Positions 38,959 to 52,627 of a DNA stretch of 64,000 nt are shown one piece after another. The DNA comes from Octopus sinensis (Eukaryota): positions 124,001 through 188,000 of the forward strand of contig NW_021832232.1 of assembly GCF_006345805.1 (NCBI RefSeq), given 5' to 3'. Made by a program: the position numbers and the translations under genes. Each line of letters starts with the position of its first letter. Within the stretch, counting starts at the first letter, position 1. The notes beneath the pieces were generated by a model. The model was not told the DNA's origin, did no database searches, and saw only the letters and a program-made list of their open reading frames with translations.

Positions 38959-40208
38959 TTACATGTTCGAAATCATATTATTAAGCCTATGAGAAAATTC
39001 TGAAAAAGAAAAATTGTTGATAATGTGGGAGCGTGCATTATTTTTCATAATATTTAACAATTCTTCATTGCATGCTAGTTTAAACATACATTGGGCAAAG
39101 GAATCGGCAGTTGGCTCGCACAGAAACCCAGTTTCACCATCAACAACAGTCTCGACTGGCCCCCCCGAATTAACCGCCACGACGGGACAACGGGAGTACA
39201 TTGCCTCGAGCGGAACTATACCAAAATGTTCCCTCGAAGGAGTATAAAGCAGGCAAGTTGCATTTTGCAAATAATGTCGCTTTGTCGAATCGGATCCGTT
39301 CTTTATAAAAACCACCGAATCCTGTATTTTCAGCCTTCGCACTAAATTGCAGATCTCCGAGTGATAGGCCACGTTGTCCTGCAGTCTCTCGTCATACCCT
39401 CCCATGAGAACCAGCTTGTAGGAAGTACATTTATATCGACTTGAGAAAATGGCTGAAATTGTCAGCCTCAAATATAACCAAATGCCTCGACAGCGAGAGT
39501 AATATTCTTTTTTCTCTCAAATCTGTTGATTGAAAGAAAAAATTGGCCAGTCTTAATTTCACCGTCGTTTTCTCCAGGAAGGTCAAGTCCGTCAGTGTTG
39601 GGGACAGGATAGAGGACCGCCATATCTCTCCGTGCGAGGGAGAGGAAGGTCTTTTGAACAACACTCCCTACAATGTTGTGACTGACCAGATTACTAGTAA
39701 ATTTGGAATTGACGAGTATTTTGTCGGCCATTCCAGTGGACAACTCCTCCAGCTTATTTAATGGAAATCGATAGACTTTTTTAAAGAAAGCAACAACGGG
39801 AGAGTGATTGTGTTGGCCAGTCAGTAGCATGTCGGGGAAATGGCAGTAGAAGACCACTCGGTGGAGTCCGAAGAGTTTGACAAGTAGCACAATTAGTGAA
39901 ATTTGATCACAAAAAACAATGTCGAATTGTGCTCCATAAAACCATAGAAAATAAAAGGTCACGACGCTTATTTTTATCATTGCACATAACGCACAAAATA
40001 TTCCCAGAATATGACGGGGGAGGTACTCTCCGATTTTATGTATTGTCAGAGATCCGTCATTCGTCTCTGGAAATGAGTTTCGGGGGTCGTGGTATCCGGT
40101 GAAAAAGTCGACAGTGTGACCCGACAGTTTCAAAGCCATGGCTGCGTCGATTACAGCCCTTTCTGCTCCTCCAATTCCTAGATCCGGGTGTATGAACGCG
40201 ACCCTCAT
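38959..40208 (-). CDS. ALG2: Alpha-1,3/1,6-mannosyltransferase
   Basis: FIHPDLGIGGAER, FYCHFPD, LSINRFERKKN, GGYD.R, EHFGIVPLEAM, SGGPVET; two introns. Confidence 0.95.
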
Positions 40209-40996
40209 GACGTTTTGTAATCGTCACAAGACTGCATAAATTTTATTCATTAAAATTGAATAGTCACTATTTATAGTAAATTGTTAAAATTATTAAGAAA
40301 CAACATTTAATTCGCCCACAATGACGGATATTCTTTATGCTGGATAAAAAACTTGTGAGGCTTTTTCTAAGTGATTGGATATAGAAACTCAACGACTTAA
40401 TTTTCAAGTTAGATGACGATACGAAAGAAATATTGTGTCGGTATGTACATAAGAAGGGTGAGGATTATTATGTTTGTGCTCAGTGAATAAAAGAGCATAG
40501 AATGTACATTTTCGACAAATAAACGAGTAGCGAAGGCGAAGGATATAGGCGCCGCAAATATTCATGGTAATATTCCCATGAATTCCTTACATGCACAACT
40601 AATCATTTATTGATTATGGAGATCAAAAAATGCTAAAAATTAGCCGAAAAAGCACAGCTACTTGATTGAATGGACGATTATCAATATCTGGCGACAGATG
40701 AATTAGTTTGTCTAAAAACCAAGTAACTTGAAGGGACGTAAAGAAGAGAATCAGCAATCTGGTAATTACTAAATCGAGCAGCCTCTATCAAGCAATAATT
40801 AAACATTCCCTGCGTAACTCAATTAGGAAGAGGATTAATGACCGTTGTCCAGAAAGGTAAAAAATCTCTTCAGTTGGTTAACGACTTTGAAGAGAAGTCG
40901 TTTCATGTCTAAGAAAAGGGGATATTTTATGTGGGTAAAATCAATAAAAACATGCTCAAAACCGTCGAATATCTTAACTGTACATAATTGAAGATA

Positions 40997-41981
40997 CAGT
41001 CAAATTCGTCTAAACCAACTCCTTGGTATACCGTAATTCTATCAAAACCGAACTAAACTTCTGGTCCCAATTCACCTCATAGACCATCACCTCTATTTTA
41101 TTTTCGATATACCGGATTTCCTCTATTCCAAATCCCGCCCGTATTTGTGGTCCCAATTTCAATTTTCTTGTAGTATAAACAAGCTTGATGACATCAATTT
41201 TTGAATTAATCCTACTAATTTTCTTTAACCTTGAATTGAAAAAAATGATAGAGATATACTCGACAGAAAATCATAAACTAAAAATCATACAGCCTCGGGA
41301 TCAGAAGACTACTAATGACTCAACTCCTTGCCAAAATGGACACAGAAATCAATGCGACACTGCTTTCAAAAAATGTATCTCGTAGATGCAATTTGGTGGA
41401 TTAGCACAGCTTGGGTGGACGTGAAATCAAACAAAATCTTTCTCTGCTTTAATAAGTGTGGCATTCCAGACAAAATATATCTTATAAACGACAACCCTGA
41501 AAAAATTTACTGTTTATACCCTTCATGAATAGACGAGTCGATATTCTAATGACAGAAGAATTTATAAATTTAGATTTGGATTTACATGCTGAACTACCCA
41601 ATGATTCGGGTTCGAACAGAATCAAAACATATAAAGAACTTAACACGTACAAATGTTCAACATTTCTGGAACTCAAGACCCTCCGTTACTCGTCAACAGA
41701 ATGATTTATCAGAACAACAAATCGATTGCTGAATCGAGGCTAATTCTTATTGACAAATTTTTATTAATTTTACTGTTTCACTTTTCGTTATAAGTAAATT
41801 AAATGACTTGTTCAATATACCGGCCTCCTCTCTATGTCGGACAATTCTGTAAAACAAAAATTCCATCGCTATGGTCTGGAATCACTTAGTTAGCTAGGAT
41901 TTTTCTCTTTTCCTTATCACCCGGTGATCCTGGGACAATTCTGTCGTTCCAAAGAGATGTCGGTTTAGAGTGGTTTGACTT
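40997..41981 (+). mobile_element. Degenerate pogo/Tigger-like element, internally deleted
   Basis: TA+cagtcaaa..ctaaacc / ggtttagagtggtttgact ends; VDAIWWISTAW..CFNKCG Tigger C-terminal motif. Confidence 0.65.
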
Positions 41982-42504
41982 TAGTTATAATTTATCGACA
42001 AGTGTTTTATAAAAGAACGAGAAAAAACGCCTTATTAAAATTAGTAAAAGAATATTCTTTAACAAAGAGGACCCTATTGAGTCTTCAGAGTAACATAATT
42101 CTCCCCTAAGTAAACAAATGCTATTATTTAATCAAATCGGATTAATGAATAATTGTATTTAAGAAGCAATAAACTAGCACTTTATTGAGTCAGCTTCCAT
42201 TCCTTCGTTATATTCGTGGCTCGACGTTTTTTAAGTTTACTCTCTTTTTATGTCAGACTTTATAAATTGTAAAATATTTCCGGGAAATTGATCAAAAATG
42301 ATTTTTTGAATATTCTAATTAAAAATCATCCCACTTGATTCCTAGCCGACCAATCTATTGTTTGTAATGTCACTCCACTCTACAAATCGGGCTGTGAAAT
42401 GTCTATAGATTTATCACTCAAATAAGAAACATAGAAAAGTACAACTAGGACATATTACTAAATATAGCATAATCAAAAATTTATGGCGTAAAAATGTTGG
42501 TGAA

Positions 42505-43876
42505 CTAGGGATTTGACTTGACATCGAATGTGCGCAAGGACTTTCTAGTAAATGACAAAATAAATTAAACAGAATCTTGTGAACCCAAGACTTAGTTTCG
42601 GTGGCATTGAACGCCCTCAGTTGATATGATTTGCGACGAGATTTGACTACCAAGTAAGGCGAACCCTCAACCTTTGACGACCGTGCCGTCCAGAAGTATT
42701 TTATACAAATTGATGAGAAGTGATCTGGTGGACACGATGAGAAAACAATTGGTAATTGAAGGATGGAATTTGACAGTCATGTCCCTCAGTTGAATAATCT
42801 TGGCTGCATCGCGGTCCTTGAATAGTGAGGACACTTACAGTAGAGTTGTAGAAATAGTAGAGAAATCCCCCAGCAAGGACAAACCAACGGGAAACGGGGA
42901 ATGGGTAGAATGTATTAGCTAAGATTGTAAGTATGAGGGGACACTCGCCATATTTTAACAGCCACCCCTCCTTCTCCCGCTCGAGTGGGCTGTGGATTGG
43001 GAATTCTACGTCGGGGTATCGGAAAGGTTCCCGTTTGATTGACTTGAAGAGAGACTGCCCAATCAACACAACCCCCAACTGACAGATATGCAGAACTGAA
43101 ATGCCCAGACTCATCAATTCGCTGAATACTCTCGACGAATTGGTCAGAAGTCGGCTTGACTTTGACATTGTGGTTGTGGAGAGACGTGTTGAGGATCACA
43201 AGGGAAAACACAAGCGAATAACACAACTCTGCATTCCCTCACACATTTAACCTTCGTCGGGGAAATCTCCTTCGTTCTGTGAGTAGTAGTGCTTCGAAAA
43301 ACTGGCCAGAATCCGGTCGATTTGCTGGCTCTCCGGCGGCAGGACGAATGATTGGAGATAATGTCTACGTCGACAACCATCCTACCTCAGGCCGACCAGC
43401 AAGTCCACCCGCTGCAGGTCAAACAGGCGACTAAATTCGTCCAAAACTGCCATATTGAACGAATTCCTGGACTAAGAATATTCGAATACATTTCCCCGAG
43501 GTATTTCCCAATGTTCCGTTTTGAGAGACGTTGGGATTGGTCAACAAGGAAGGAGGCAACTGACTTGGAGTCACTCAACACACGTCGGTTGATCATGTAG
43601 GCAATTCCCTGAATTGTCAGGGGAGTTGTCACCCTGTTGCAGTTCCGGTTGAATTTGCGTATTCCCGTCGTTAGTTTCTTGGTTGCTCTGTCGAATTAAT
43701 TACTCCAATACATTGAATCAGTTCTCATATCTTGATTGTCATTATTTAATTGTTTCTGAGGAATATGACTGAGAATAACCAACTGATTCACGTCGAATGT
43801 TTTCTTCGTCGGTATTCGACTTTATTGGGACTTTTACTCGGCCAGGGGAGTCATTTTTTGTTGATCGGGCGTTCAT
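42505..43876 (-). CDS. Cytohesin-like ARF-GEF (Sec7 + PH)
   Basis: GIRKFN..GIAYM..LSKRNIGKYLGE, FVLPPESQQIDRIL, ILNTSLHN, IKREPF, EKEGWLLK..RWFVL..LYYF; many mini-introns. Confidence 0.88.
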
Positions 43877-44736
43877 TTGAGGTTTAATTGTATACTATAA
43901 TTGACATAAAAACAACCAACATAAATGACGACTGTATTTGTAATATAATAATGACTTTATGTTTTATAACAATTCTTAATCGGATAATAAATTTTTTAAC
44001 GTATTAATTTGTGAACTATAAGTGGGCAGCACCAAAATGCTGACAAATTCTTCTAATACTTTCTGTATGCGAGATCTACCCTTAATGAACAAACTTATTA
44101 GAAAACACACTTTAGAAATTAAATCGAATTTATTTGAGTGAGTGAATTAAAAAGAGTTATTACGCAATTGTTAAGCGTGTTTTTTATTATATGCTGAATA
44201 TTCCAAAAAGTCTGAGTCTGACACGCGAGAGGTCACAGAAACGTTATAAAATGATAATTCTAAACTTATTGTCACGAGAAAAATAGTGGCCAGTTGTTGT
44301 TCTAAAAGACAACGGGCAGCTCAAGTCTTAAATGTTTTGAATATTGGTTCAAACTGAATATAGGATGCTTTATGTGAAATAGGGAATCAGAAAAAACCAA
44401 AGAATCTTTCTTGCATGAAATTTTTTTAATTTTCCAAATGGAACACAAAAAACGGAACAAATAAAGTCACGTGATCCCGACTTGCCTCTAGTTCACCCCT
44501 CCGTGACCGTAAAGACTCTTTTCAGGCTCGCCAGGAAGTTAATTGATTCCATTCCGTACAAGGAACAAGACAGAAACATTCAATTACGGGGTGTTTTCCA
44601 ATAGACATTTCCAGACTTTACTGTTAAGTGAATCAATATTTATTGAATAAATCTATAATTATATTTTAAATGGTTAACGTCAACCAAGTCTAGTACAATA
44701 ATTGGAATAGGCACGCATTTGTTAAATTTGTTTACG

Positions 44737-45853
44737 ATGGATGCAATTACTTTACTGAGTGGCTCTTCTTGCAACAACTTTGCTACACGGGTGTGCAAGT
44801 ATCTGAATGTGTCTCTGGGAAAAGCAACATTGGACAAGTTCATGAACGGGGAAACGAGGTGTGATACATTACAACGACTGGGTAGAGTGGAATTGCATGA
44901 ATGTTTGCGGGGGAAACATATTTTCATAATCCAGAGCGGCAGTGGAGATATAAATGGAAATATTTTGGAAATGTTAATAATGATTCACTCCTGCAAGATT
45001 TCCTCCTCCAGAAGGATAACGGCCGTCATCCCCTGCTTCCCCTACGCCCGACAAGACAAGAAGGACAGAGTACAGTCGGCTACTAAGAATGTAGAGCCGA
45101 GCCCCCATCACTGCTAAACTGATAGCCAACATGCTCACAGTAGCGGGAGCCGATCACATTATTACTATGGACTTGCATGCCTCACAACTACAAGTACACA
45201 TTCAGTCACATGTATAGGGATTCTTCGATATTCCTGTCGACAATCTGTACGCTCATCCCACTTTTATTGACTACGTGAAAAGTCACGTCTTCGGAGATTT
45301 GGTAATCGTCTCCCCGGACGCAGGGGGGGCCAAAAGGTGTTTTGTGTGGTGGATGGTTAGAGCCTCTTTCTATGCCGACTCACTCAATGCAGACCTCGCC
45401 ATCATCCACAAAGAACGTACAGTCGTCAATCGTGTCTCCAACATGGTCCTCGTCGGAGATGTCCGCAATAAGGTTGCCGTGGTCGTCGATGATATTGCCG
45501 ATACGTGTGGCACTCTCACTATGGCTGCAGAAAAGTCTTTTTCTGTTTTATTCTCAGGCTTGAGGAAGCGGGGGCTTCAGAGGTGTACGCACTTATTACT
45601 CATGGAATATTTTCTGGTCCTGCCGTCAGCAGAATAGAACAGTCTTTCATCAAAAAAGTCGTTGTGGTCGACACCATTGAGTTGCCTCCAAACGTGCTTG
45701 CCTGTCCAAAGATTGAGGTCCCCTTTTTTCCGTTAATATTAGCTTCTCTCTGTGAGTAATGTCTTTGCTGAAGCCATTCGCAGAATTGTTACCAATAAAT
45801 CTCTCAGTCCGCTATTTACAGAGTTGCCTCCTATCCAAAACGGGGCGAATTAA
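44737..45853 (+). CDS. PRPS: Ribose-phosphate pyrophosphokinase
   Basis: [33 protein letters not shown]|[29 protein letters not shown]; six introns of 23-27 nt. Confidence 0.95.
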
Positions 45854-47066
45854 TTAATCATTCTTTTCTAATTCTTATTCATTCTAGTTTTTAACTAATT
45901 ATTTTGACTAGGGGGGTCTGTTTAAGTAATAATTTATGCACTCCTTATTTGTTGATTTAACTAAGATTATTTTAATTATCACTCGAAGGTCCTGGACGAT
46001 AATTCAGAAACAGGAATTAAATTTTTAACCAGTTGACGTAATCCAGACAAATTAAATAAATCCCATTTTGTGGTTTTGCGTCATTTGACCATGAAAAATA
46101 ACTAAACCACTTTTTTGAAACGAAAATCAGTTAATCGGTGACAGGTCACTCATTTTCCTCAAAAAGCTGGGTCGTCTGATTTCTCGCAAGAGAAACGACA
46201 GTCAACGCAAGTCGCATTCAAACTAAACCACTTAAAATTTCATCTTTCTAATCTAATGATAATCATTTGGAAGAAAAGTAAAGTTAAAAAATCAATTAAG
46301 TACTCAAGGCATTTCTCAAAATTAGTTTCTAGTCACTCTGCTAGTTACTTTCATTCATTCCAGAAGTGGAAAATCGTATTAGGAATGGAGAATTAGTAAA
46401 GTATGACTGAAGAAATAGTCTACGCGTAATAATATTTTATTTAGTTGACCAAAGAACAGGGTAAACCAGCTAATTATAATCCCCGTGATCCCCGATACAA
46501 TTCGCAAGTGACGGAGATCCTTCAGGAAGCTTCGACCATGCGCAAAGTGATGGTCCTGGGAGGACGATATCTCCGATGTCAGTATTCTAGATGTCCTTTT
46601 TTGGAAGGCATTAGGTCCTCCCTGTGCGTTTCTAAATCGAATTGAACGTTCCGAAAGTTCCAACTGACTTATAGGACCTCATAACATTACGCTACGGTCC
46701 GGACAGATAGAAGATCCCATTCAACAAATGTGTTGTAACTTGTCGTCTCACGGGCAAAAAGGAACGTCGACAAGACTTGACCTTCAACCTTCTTGAATTC
46801 AAACCCACAACGGCCGTACCCAACATCTATTGCAATCTTTTCAGCCATTAGTCTTTTTTCGCAAAGATCAATTCTTTTTTCGTTATTTTTCACTAGAATA
46901 GATTCCATGTCTAAGGAAATTACTCCTTTTGTCTTCAAACGCGGATCCTTCTTAGAATTGCTTTTAGTTGCCAATATTTACAGTTCGGGCAGACCACACT
47001 TTGTCACTTTTTGGAATCACAATGGGAGAATCTTCGTCAGCCATGACCGCCTCTGATTAGTTGTAA

Positions 47067-48054
47067 CAGTATAACCTCCATTTGGGGCATCAATTTTGAA
47101 AAATTGCCCCAAAATAGAGGTTTCCCAAAAATGGAGGTCTGAAATTTTCTTTATTTTTATAAAAATTTTAATAGTTTTAGCATATTTTTCATTAATTTAT
47201 AAATAAATAAAGTATTTTTAAGAACATTTAAACATGTTTTCCACTAATTTTATGATAATTAGAGTATTTTTCAAGTAGAAAAAATTTTATTCTATTATAC
47301 ACGAAAAAATCTGTTATTTTGTTTCCTGTTGCAGATTCTTCATATGTATGCCCAATATTTTTCTGAAATTGTAATAGTCTTTTAACGCACGGGAAACAAA
47401 CGGTGAATATTCTCTTCAAGGTTATTCATTGCTGTTATCGTGTCCAAGTGTGAACAGTTGCATTCAGTGGTCATATATTGACTCATCATTATTTTCTTCT
47501 TCATTTTCAGCAATTACGTCTGCAATTATCGTGTCCAAATTTCTTTTCTCACTGTTAACTAAAAAATTTGAACTAGGAATCTGTTGCCGACAGTTATTAA
47601 TTGTTCCCAACAATTCGTTATTGTTTCAGGATTTAAATTTTGCCATGTTTTTCCAACATTATTATGACATGACGAGATTTTATTTTTTTTTAAATTAACA
47701 ATTTGTAACTCAACGTCCTCAAACTCAACGTCCGTCCTCAGTAAGATGTTTATTTTCACTTAATTCCTTGGCAATTTTGATCTTTAACTCAGACTAAGCT
47801 TACGAGCCATAACAACAAGAATACAAAAATTACAACGAGGCTTCCAAATGAAATTTTTATATAATTAATTTTAATTTTAATAGCAAATATGTATATAAAT
47901 TAAAAATCCTGTGCCCCACTTAGAGGTTCCGGTAATTTCTAATTTGGAAATTACCGCATAAAAATTATATCTTTTCAAACTACCCCAAAATAGAGGGTTT
48001 TCCCAAAAATAGAGGTTCCCAAGCAGAGGTCTGCCCCAAATGGAGGTTATACTG
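47067..48054 (-). mobile_element. Non-autonomous pogo/Tigger-like element
   Basis: Perfect 23-bp TIR cagtataacctccatttggggca, TA at the right end, subterminal ccccaaaatagagg repeats. Transposase termini only (MARKLSL.., WQNLNPETITNCW, KITDFF). Confidence 0.85.
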
Positions 48055-48214
48055 TATTCAGTTTCTGTATTTTTGCCTGAGGAAGCTTTATCATTTAACC
48101 CAGAGGAGTATCATTTTATGGATGTGATTAACACCCATCTAACGCACGCAGAAAATAGCCACTACACTAGACCATTCAAAAAGAAACAGAACATTAAATA
48201 TATTATTAAAAATA

Positions 48215-49411
48215 TCATTTTTGTCGTGCAAACCGACCAGACTTGTGATCTCGCACTAAAATGAACGCAGAACAAACCATTGTTGTCCTTCCCAGCAGTA
48301 TTCGATATCAAATTATGAAAAAAAGCAGAAAGATGTGCCTCAGAATTCGAGTATTCGGGACTCTACAAACTCTCACCACCACTACAACCTGTTTCCGCAC
48401 AGAGCCAGTCTCCAAAAACGAAGAGATTCCAGCCCGCATCTAAAATGACTGAACGAACTACATTCTCCGATGGAACACGACACTTTTGTTTCTCCGACAA
48501 AAAAGACTGGAAATCCCGCGTCCTCACCACTTCTGGCACTTTCGACGGAATCTAAATAAAAAACAACTCCCAACACAATGCCCAGTCAGCGGGGGAAAGT
48601 CCTTTCCAGAAATATCAATTTTATCGAGAGTGTCCCATCCAGGCGGACTAGACTATTTAATTGACAGTACATGAATGTGGACTTGTCCTCCACAACTTGC
48701 GGCTTGGGGTAATCCCCGCCTTCCAACAGACACAAAAGTGACTGTTTTAGCAAATCAAATCCTCCGTGAGCCTCCGTCGTGGAAACACACACCACCGCGG
48801 CCTCATCTGGAATAACAGAAAAAATGACATTTCAGGGCTGCGAGTCTGACATGGCGAATGAGCTGTCGAGAAGTGTCCCCCAAACAGTCACTCTACCCTC
48901 CAAATATCCCCCAACCTTCGAAATCACAAAAACAAGAGGAATGGCTGTCCCCGTTCGGTCAGTGAGTTCTTCTACCACGGCCAGTTGGTTTTGGAGTTGT
49001 TGAGGGACATTCCACGGGGTTTCCGCGGATATGAGGACCACACAAATACATCGACCAGATCTGAGAATTCTTGGGAGTACACTTGTGTAGAAAACATTCC
49101 CGTTGTACACCCACATTTGGACACCACATTCTGTATTGATTGCACAGATGTTACTTTCGCTGAGTGTGACTGAGGAATGTTCGAGAATTGAGCCCAATCC
49201 TGTCTCCGAGTTGGACCCCAGTGATTTGGCCAACGTTGACTTGCCTGTCCTGGAATCGCCTGGATGTCAATGTTGAGTGGAGTACCAAGGACGAGGAGTT
49301 TGTTGTCAGAGTGGGGATCAGCGGATGGGTGTTTGAGTGAGGTCATTAATTCATTCCTGTACAGTTATTATTAGTACTCTGCCATATGTCTGAGTTCTGC
49401 TCGAATTGCAT
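48215..49411 (-). CDS. DYNC1LI: Cytoplasmic dynein 1 light intermediate chain, compact
   Basis: IWNELM, LLVL|GDSRTGKST P-loop, ETPWN, IPLVFVISK, PPGWDTLDKI, and C-terminal helices DFQSFLSEKQ and SEAHLSAFFHNLI. Confidence 0.82.
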
Positions 49412-49610
49412 TCGGACAACACGTCGGATATATTTGTTTAATATTTTATTTAAAATAGTCTCATTTAATTCGTTAAAGCAATTTAATTGGCAATCAATTT
49501 TTGAGAATTTTATGTCAACTCTCTCAGAATACTTTCCGAGCTACTCGCAATTTGTGATGAAACTAAGTTTTTTGACAATTTTTATTTTTTTGTTTTTCTA
49601 ATAAGACTTT

Positions 49611-50400
49611 CCGGAAGATCGAATGTTTCAACGAGCCTGGGATCGAATTAGATGCAAGCAAACTTTCAATCTGCTGCTCGAGTCGTCCAACCAGCACCGC
49701 CGCGCTTGCCTTCTGTCGGCAGCATCCCCGGCTAGCGGAGCTTGGCTTTGTGCATTCCCGAACGCCCCATCTGGCACTCTCCTTGACGATGAAGCGGTAA
49801 GGATCGGAGTCTCTCTGCGACTCGGACTAAGGCAATGTGTCCCGCACACGTGCCGCTGTGGCTGCACTGTTGACCCTTTCGGTCTGCACCCTTTATCGTG
49901 CAAGAGGAGTGCCGGACGTTTTCCGAGGCACTCTGCAATGAACGACATCATACGGAGGGCCCTCGACTCGGCGGGATTTCCTTCGGTCCTCGAGCCACCG
50001 GGCCTTGACCGCGGCGACGGGAAACGTCCTGACGGGATGACCCTTTTCCCCTTCGAAGGCGGAAAAGGCCTCGTTTGGGACGCAACCTGCTGCGACACCT
50101 TTTCTGCTTCTCACTTAACTTCGTGTGCCCTGGAGGCCAAATCTGCAGCTAAGAAGGCTGAAGATTTAAAGCTTTTAAAATATTCTGCCCTCTCGGAGTT
50201 TTCCGTGGTGCCGATCGCGGCTGAGACGTCGGGTGCTCTCGGTCCAAAAACTGAAAAGTTCCTTCGCAAGCTCGGAGCCAAAATCTCAATGCGCACCCAT
50301 GATCCTCGGGAGGCGAACTGGCTAATGCAACGGCTCTCGATTGCCATTATCCGGGGAAACAGTTTGGCAATCCGCCAGGCTACATATCCACCATAAACAT
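49611..50400 (+). mobile_element. CRE-like retrotransposon 3' part with open RLE frame
   Basis: SGAWL, LRLG, CRCG..H.LSC, RHSAMND, KRPDG, LVWDATC, QRLSIAIIRGN. Confidence 0.88.
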
Positions 50401-50637
50401 AATTCTATCTTTTCATTGATTATTATTGATTCCTATATGAAAATATTGATACATCAAGAATTCTTTTTTTGTTCGGATTTTGCGGTTTTGAAAAAAATCG
50501 ATTACGGATATTGGCGACTTGTCTCTTTAATTATGCCTGTTTGTATTCGTTTATTAAAGCATTTGTTACAAGTTCTATTCACTTGGCTTAATTTATTAAA
50601 TTAATCGAGTTGTTTAAAATTATTGGCTTTTGTAGTT

Positions 50638-51522
50638 ATGGATATAATTTTGGATTTGTTTGACCAGAATTTATTGACAGAATATGTATACCCGGAATCG
50701 TGGCCCCCCGAGAATCCTTGGAGGCAGTTTCTATCTCTCTTTGCTATCGTGACAATCGGCGGATACATTCTATACATCGTCCCTGCATTCCTCAACTATC
50801 TTTTCATATTCGACCACCGACTGATGAAACATAAACTATTCCTGAAGGTACCCATCCACATCCACTTTCCAGAACCAAGTTCGTAAGGAAATTATGTGTT
50901 CCCTCCAGTCCATTCCCTTCATGACCTTGATGACCACTCTTGTGATATTTCTCGAGGTCCGCGGCCACTCCAAACTCACCGACTCTTCCAGATCAGGTGT
51001 CGGGTTGTTATTAGTGCAGATTTCCCTTCTCTCCTTCTTGATTTGGTACTGTTTGTACTTTTTACGGATTTGCTGATTTATTGGTTCCACAGAATACTAC
51101 ATTGGCCTTTGGTGTACAAACATGTGCACAAACTCCATCACAGGTGGGTCATCACGACGCCCTTTGCCAGCCACGCATTTAACCCTCTCGACGGATTTGT
51201 CCAGTCCCTCCCATATCACATTTACGTGTTTATATTCCCACTCAACAAAGTCATGTATCTCGGTTGTCTATTCTGCTGATTTGCAGTTTTGTTTGTCTTG
51301 GTGAATATTTGGAGTATTTCTATCCACGATGGATGTTTCAAAGTGCCTAACTGGCTCCATCCTTTCATTAACGGTTCTGCCCATCACATGGATCACCACA
51401 TTTATTACAATTACAATTTTGGGCAATATACAACTTTGTGGGACAGACTTGGAGGGTCATTCAAGGAGCCCTCCTCTTGTTTGGAGGATGGCCCATTAGC
51501 CTCTGTATTCAATGATCAGTGA
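50638..51522 (+). CDS. SC5D: Sterol C5-desaturase (lathosterol oxidase)
   Basis: His boxes YWFHRILH, HKLHH and HHMDHH; TPFASHAF; FLK|NQVRKEI; YNFGQYTTLWDRLGGS; three CDS introns. Confidence 0.93.
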
Positions 51523-51929
51523 TTCACTTTCTAACAACCATCTTATTAATCATTTTCTTAGTTATTTCTCTGTGTTTATACTTAATAGTTTCTCAAAATA
51601 ACGGTACAAGCCAAGTTATGGCGTCTATAAAATTACTGTCAGGAAAACTGTAGCTTCTTTGGCAAGCGCCCTGTGTAATTTTCGCTATGTTCTGCCACAT
51701 TGAGATGCCAGTAAAATGTTTCTAGTTTCAACGGCGTGCCTTACTAGATTACCAAACTTGTTTTTGTAGATAAATTATGTCGTTTTATAAGTCGTATCAA
51801 AATTATGGGTTATGTTTATAATACCATGGACTGGACGCAGAAAAAATGGTTCAAATTAGGGATGGGCTGTTCTTAGCCTCAAACTTGAAATTAGATATGC
51901 AAACTCAACAGAATTGGGCTTTTCAACCT

Positions 51930-52560
51930 TTTTAGCTCGAGGGCCAAATCGACAATCAAGAGTTTATTTTCGGCCCACACAACAAATATTTTATGTTATT
52001 AAAAAAAGGAGAATCAATGTAAGACTTGATTCTGTTTGGCGTCTATTGTTTTGGCGAAAAAAGTAAATTTTGAATTGTTGAATGAGGTTTTCATCGGTCA
52101 GTCGATTTTGATATTTAGTATTTATTCCAGTGTGCTGAAAAGTGCCTGCACGCATACGTTGATTCGAGACTGATGCATTTTTGAGCATTCTCGACCAAGC
52201 TCGGATATTTCCATTGTGGACTTCGACTCAAAAAATCCATTGACTTAAATATCGAGGCAAGTTGTAAATCTGAATGCATTTAAAGTACCTTCGGGTTATA
52301 TACGAATGGAGGGTTGCAGCGTCTGTTTTCATAGGTGATGAAAATAAGAACTTCTTTAATTTGCAGATTTTCTTGATGAAACCAAATCACAGTACTCAAT
52401 TTTCATATATGAGTCCTTGAAACCCAAGTTTTCCATTCAACCATACAAGGACATCCATTTGTAGCAATTTTAAACATTTTTGAAAGATCCTAATGTGCCT
52501 TTTTGAGCCAAACGCAAAATAAAAGTATATATTTTTTATAATTTTAAGAGGCTCAGAAAA
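51930..52560 (-). mobile_element. Decayed hAT transposase C-terminal fragment
   Basis: ESTYAC...NTKYQNRLTDENL resembles the hAT dimerisation domain; ggccc subterminal motifs. Confidence 0.45.
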
Positions 52561-52627
52561 AACTTAAAAGAAACTTATGAAATCAGAAATAATTAATTAC
52601 AAAATATTATAACTTTATATATATAAA

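Noticed and set aside
46380-47060. Possible gypsy integrase or other coding remnant
   Set aside because: No convincing motif, LTR or consistent frame.
50609-50640. AG just upstream of several start codons as trans-splice acceptors
   Set aside because: For SC5D a 27-nt GT-AG 5' UTR intron explains it. No spliced-leader gene was seen, and AG is frequent by chance.
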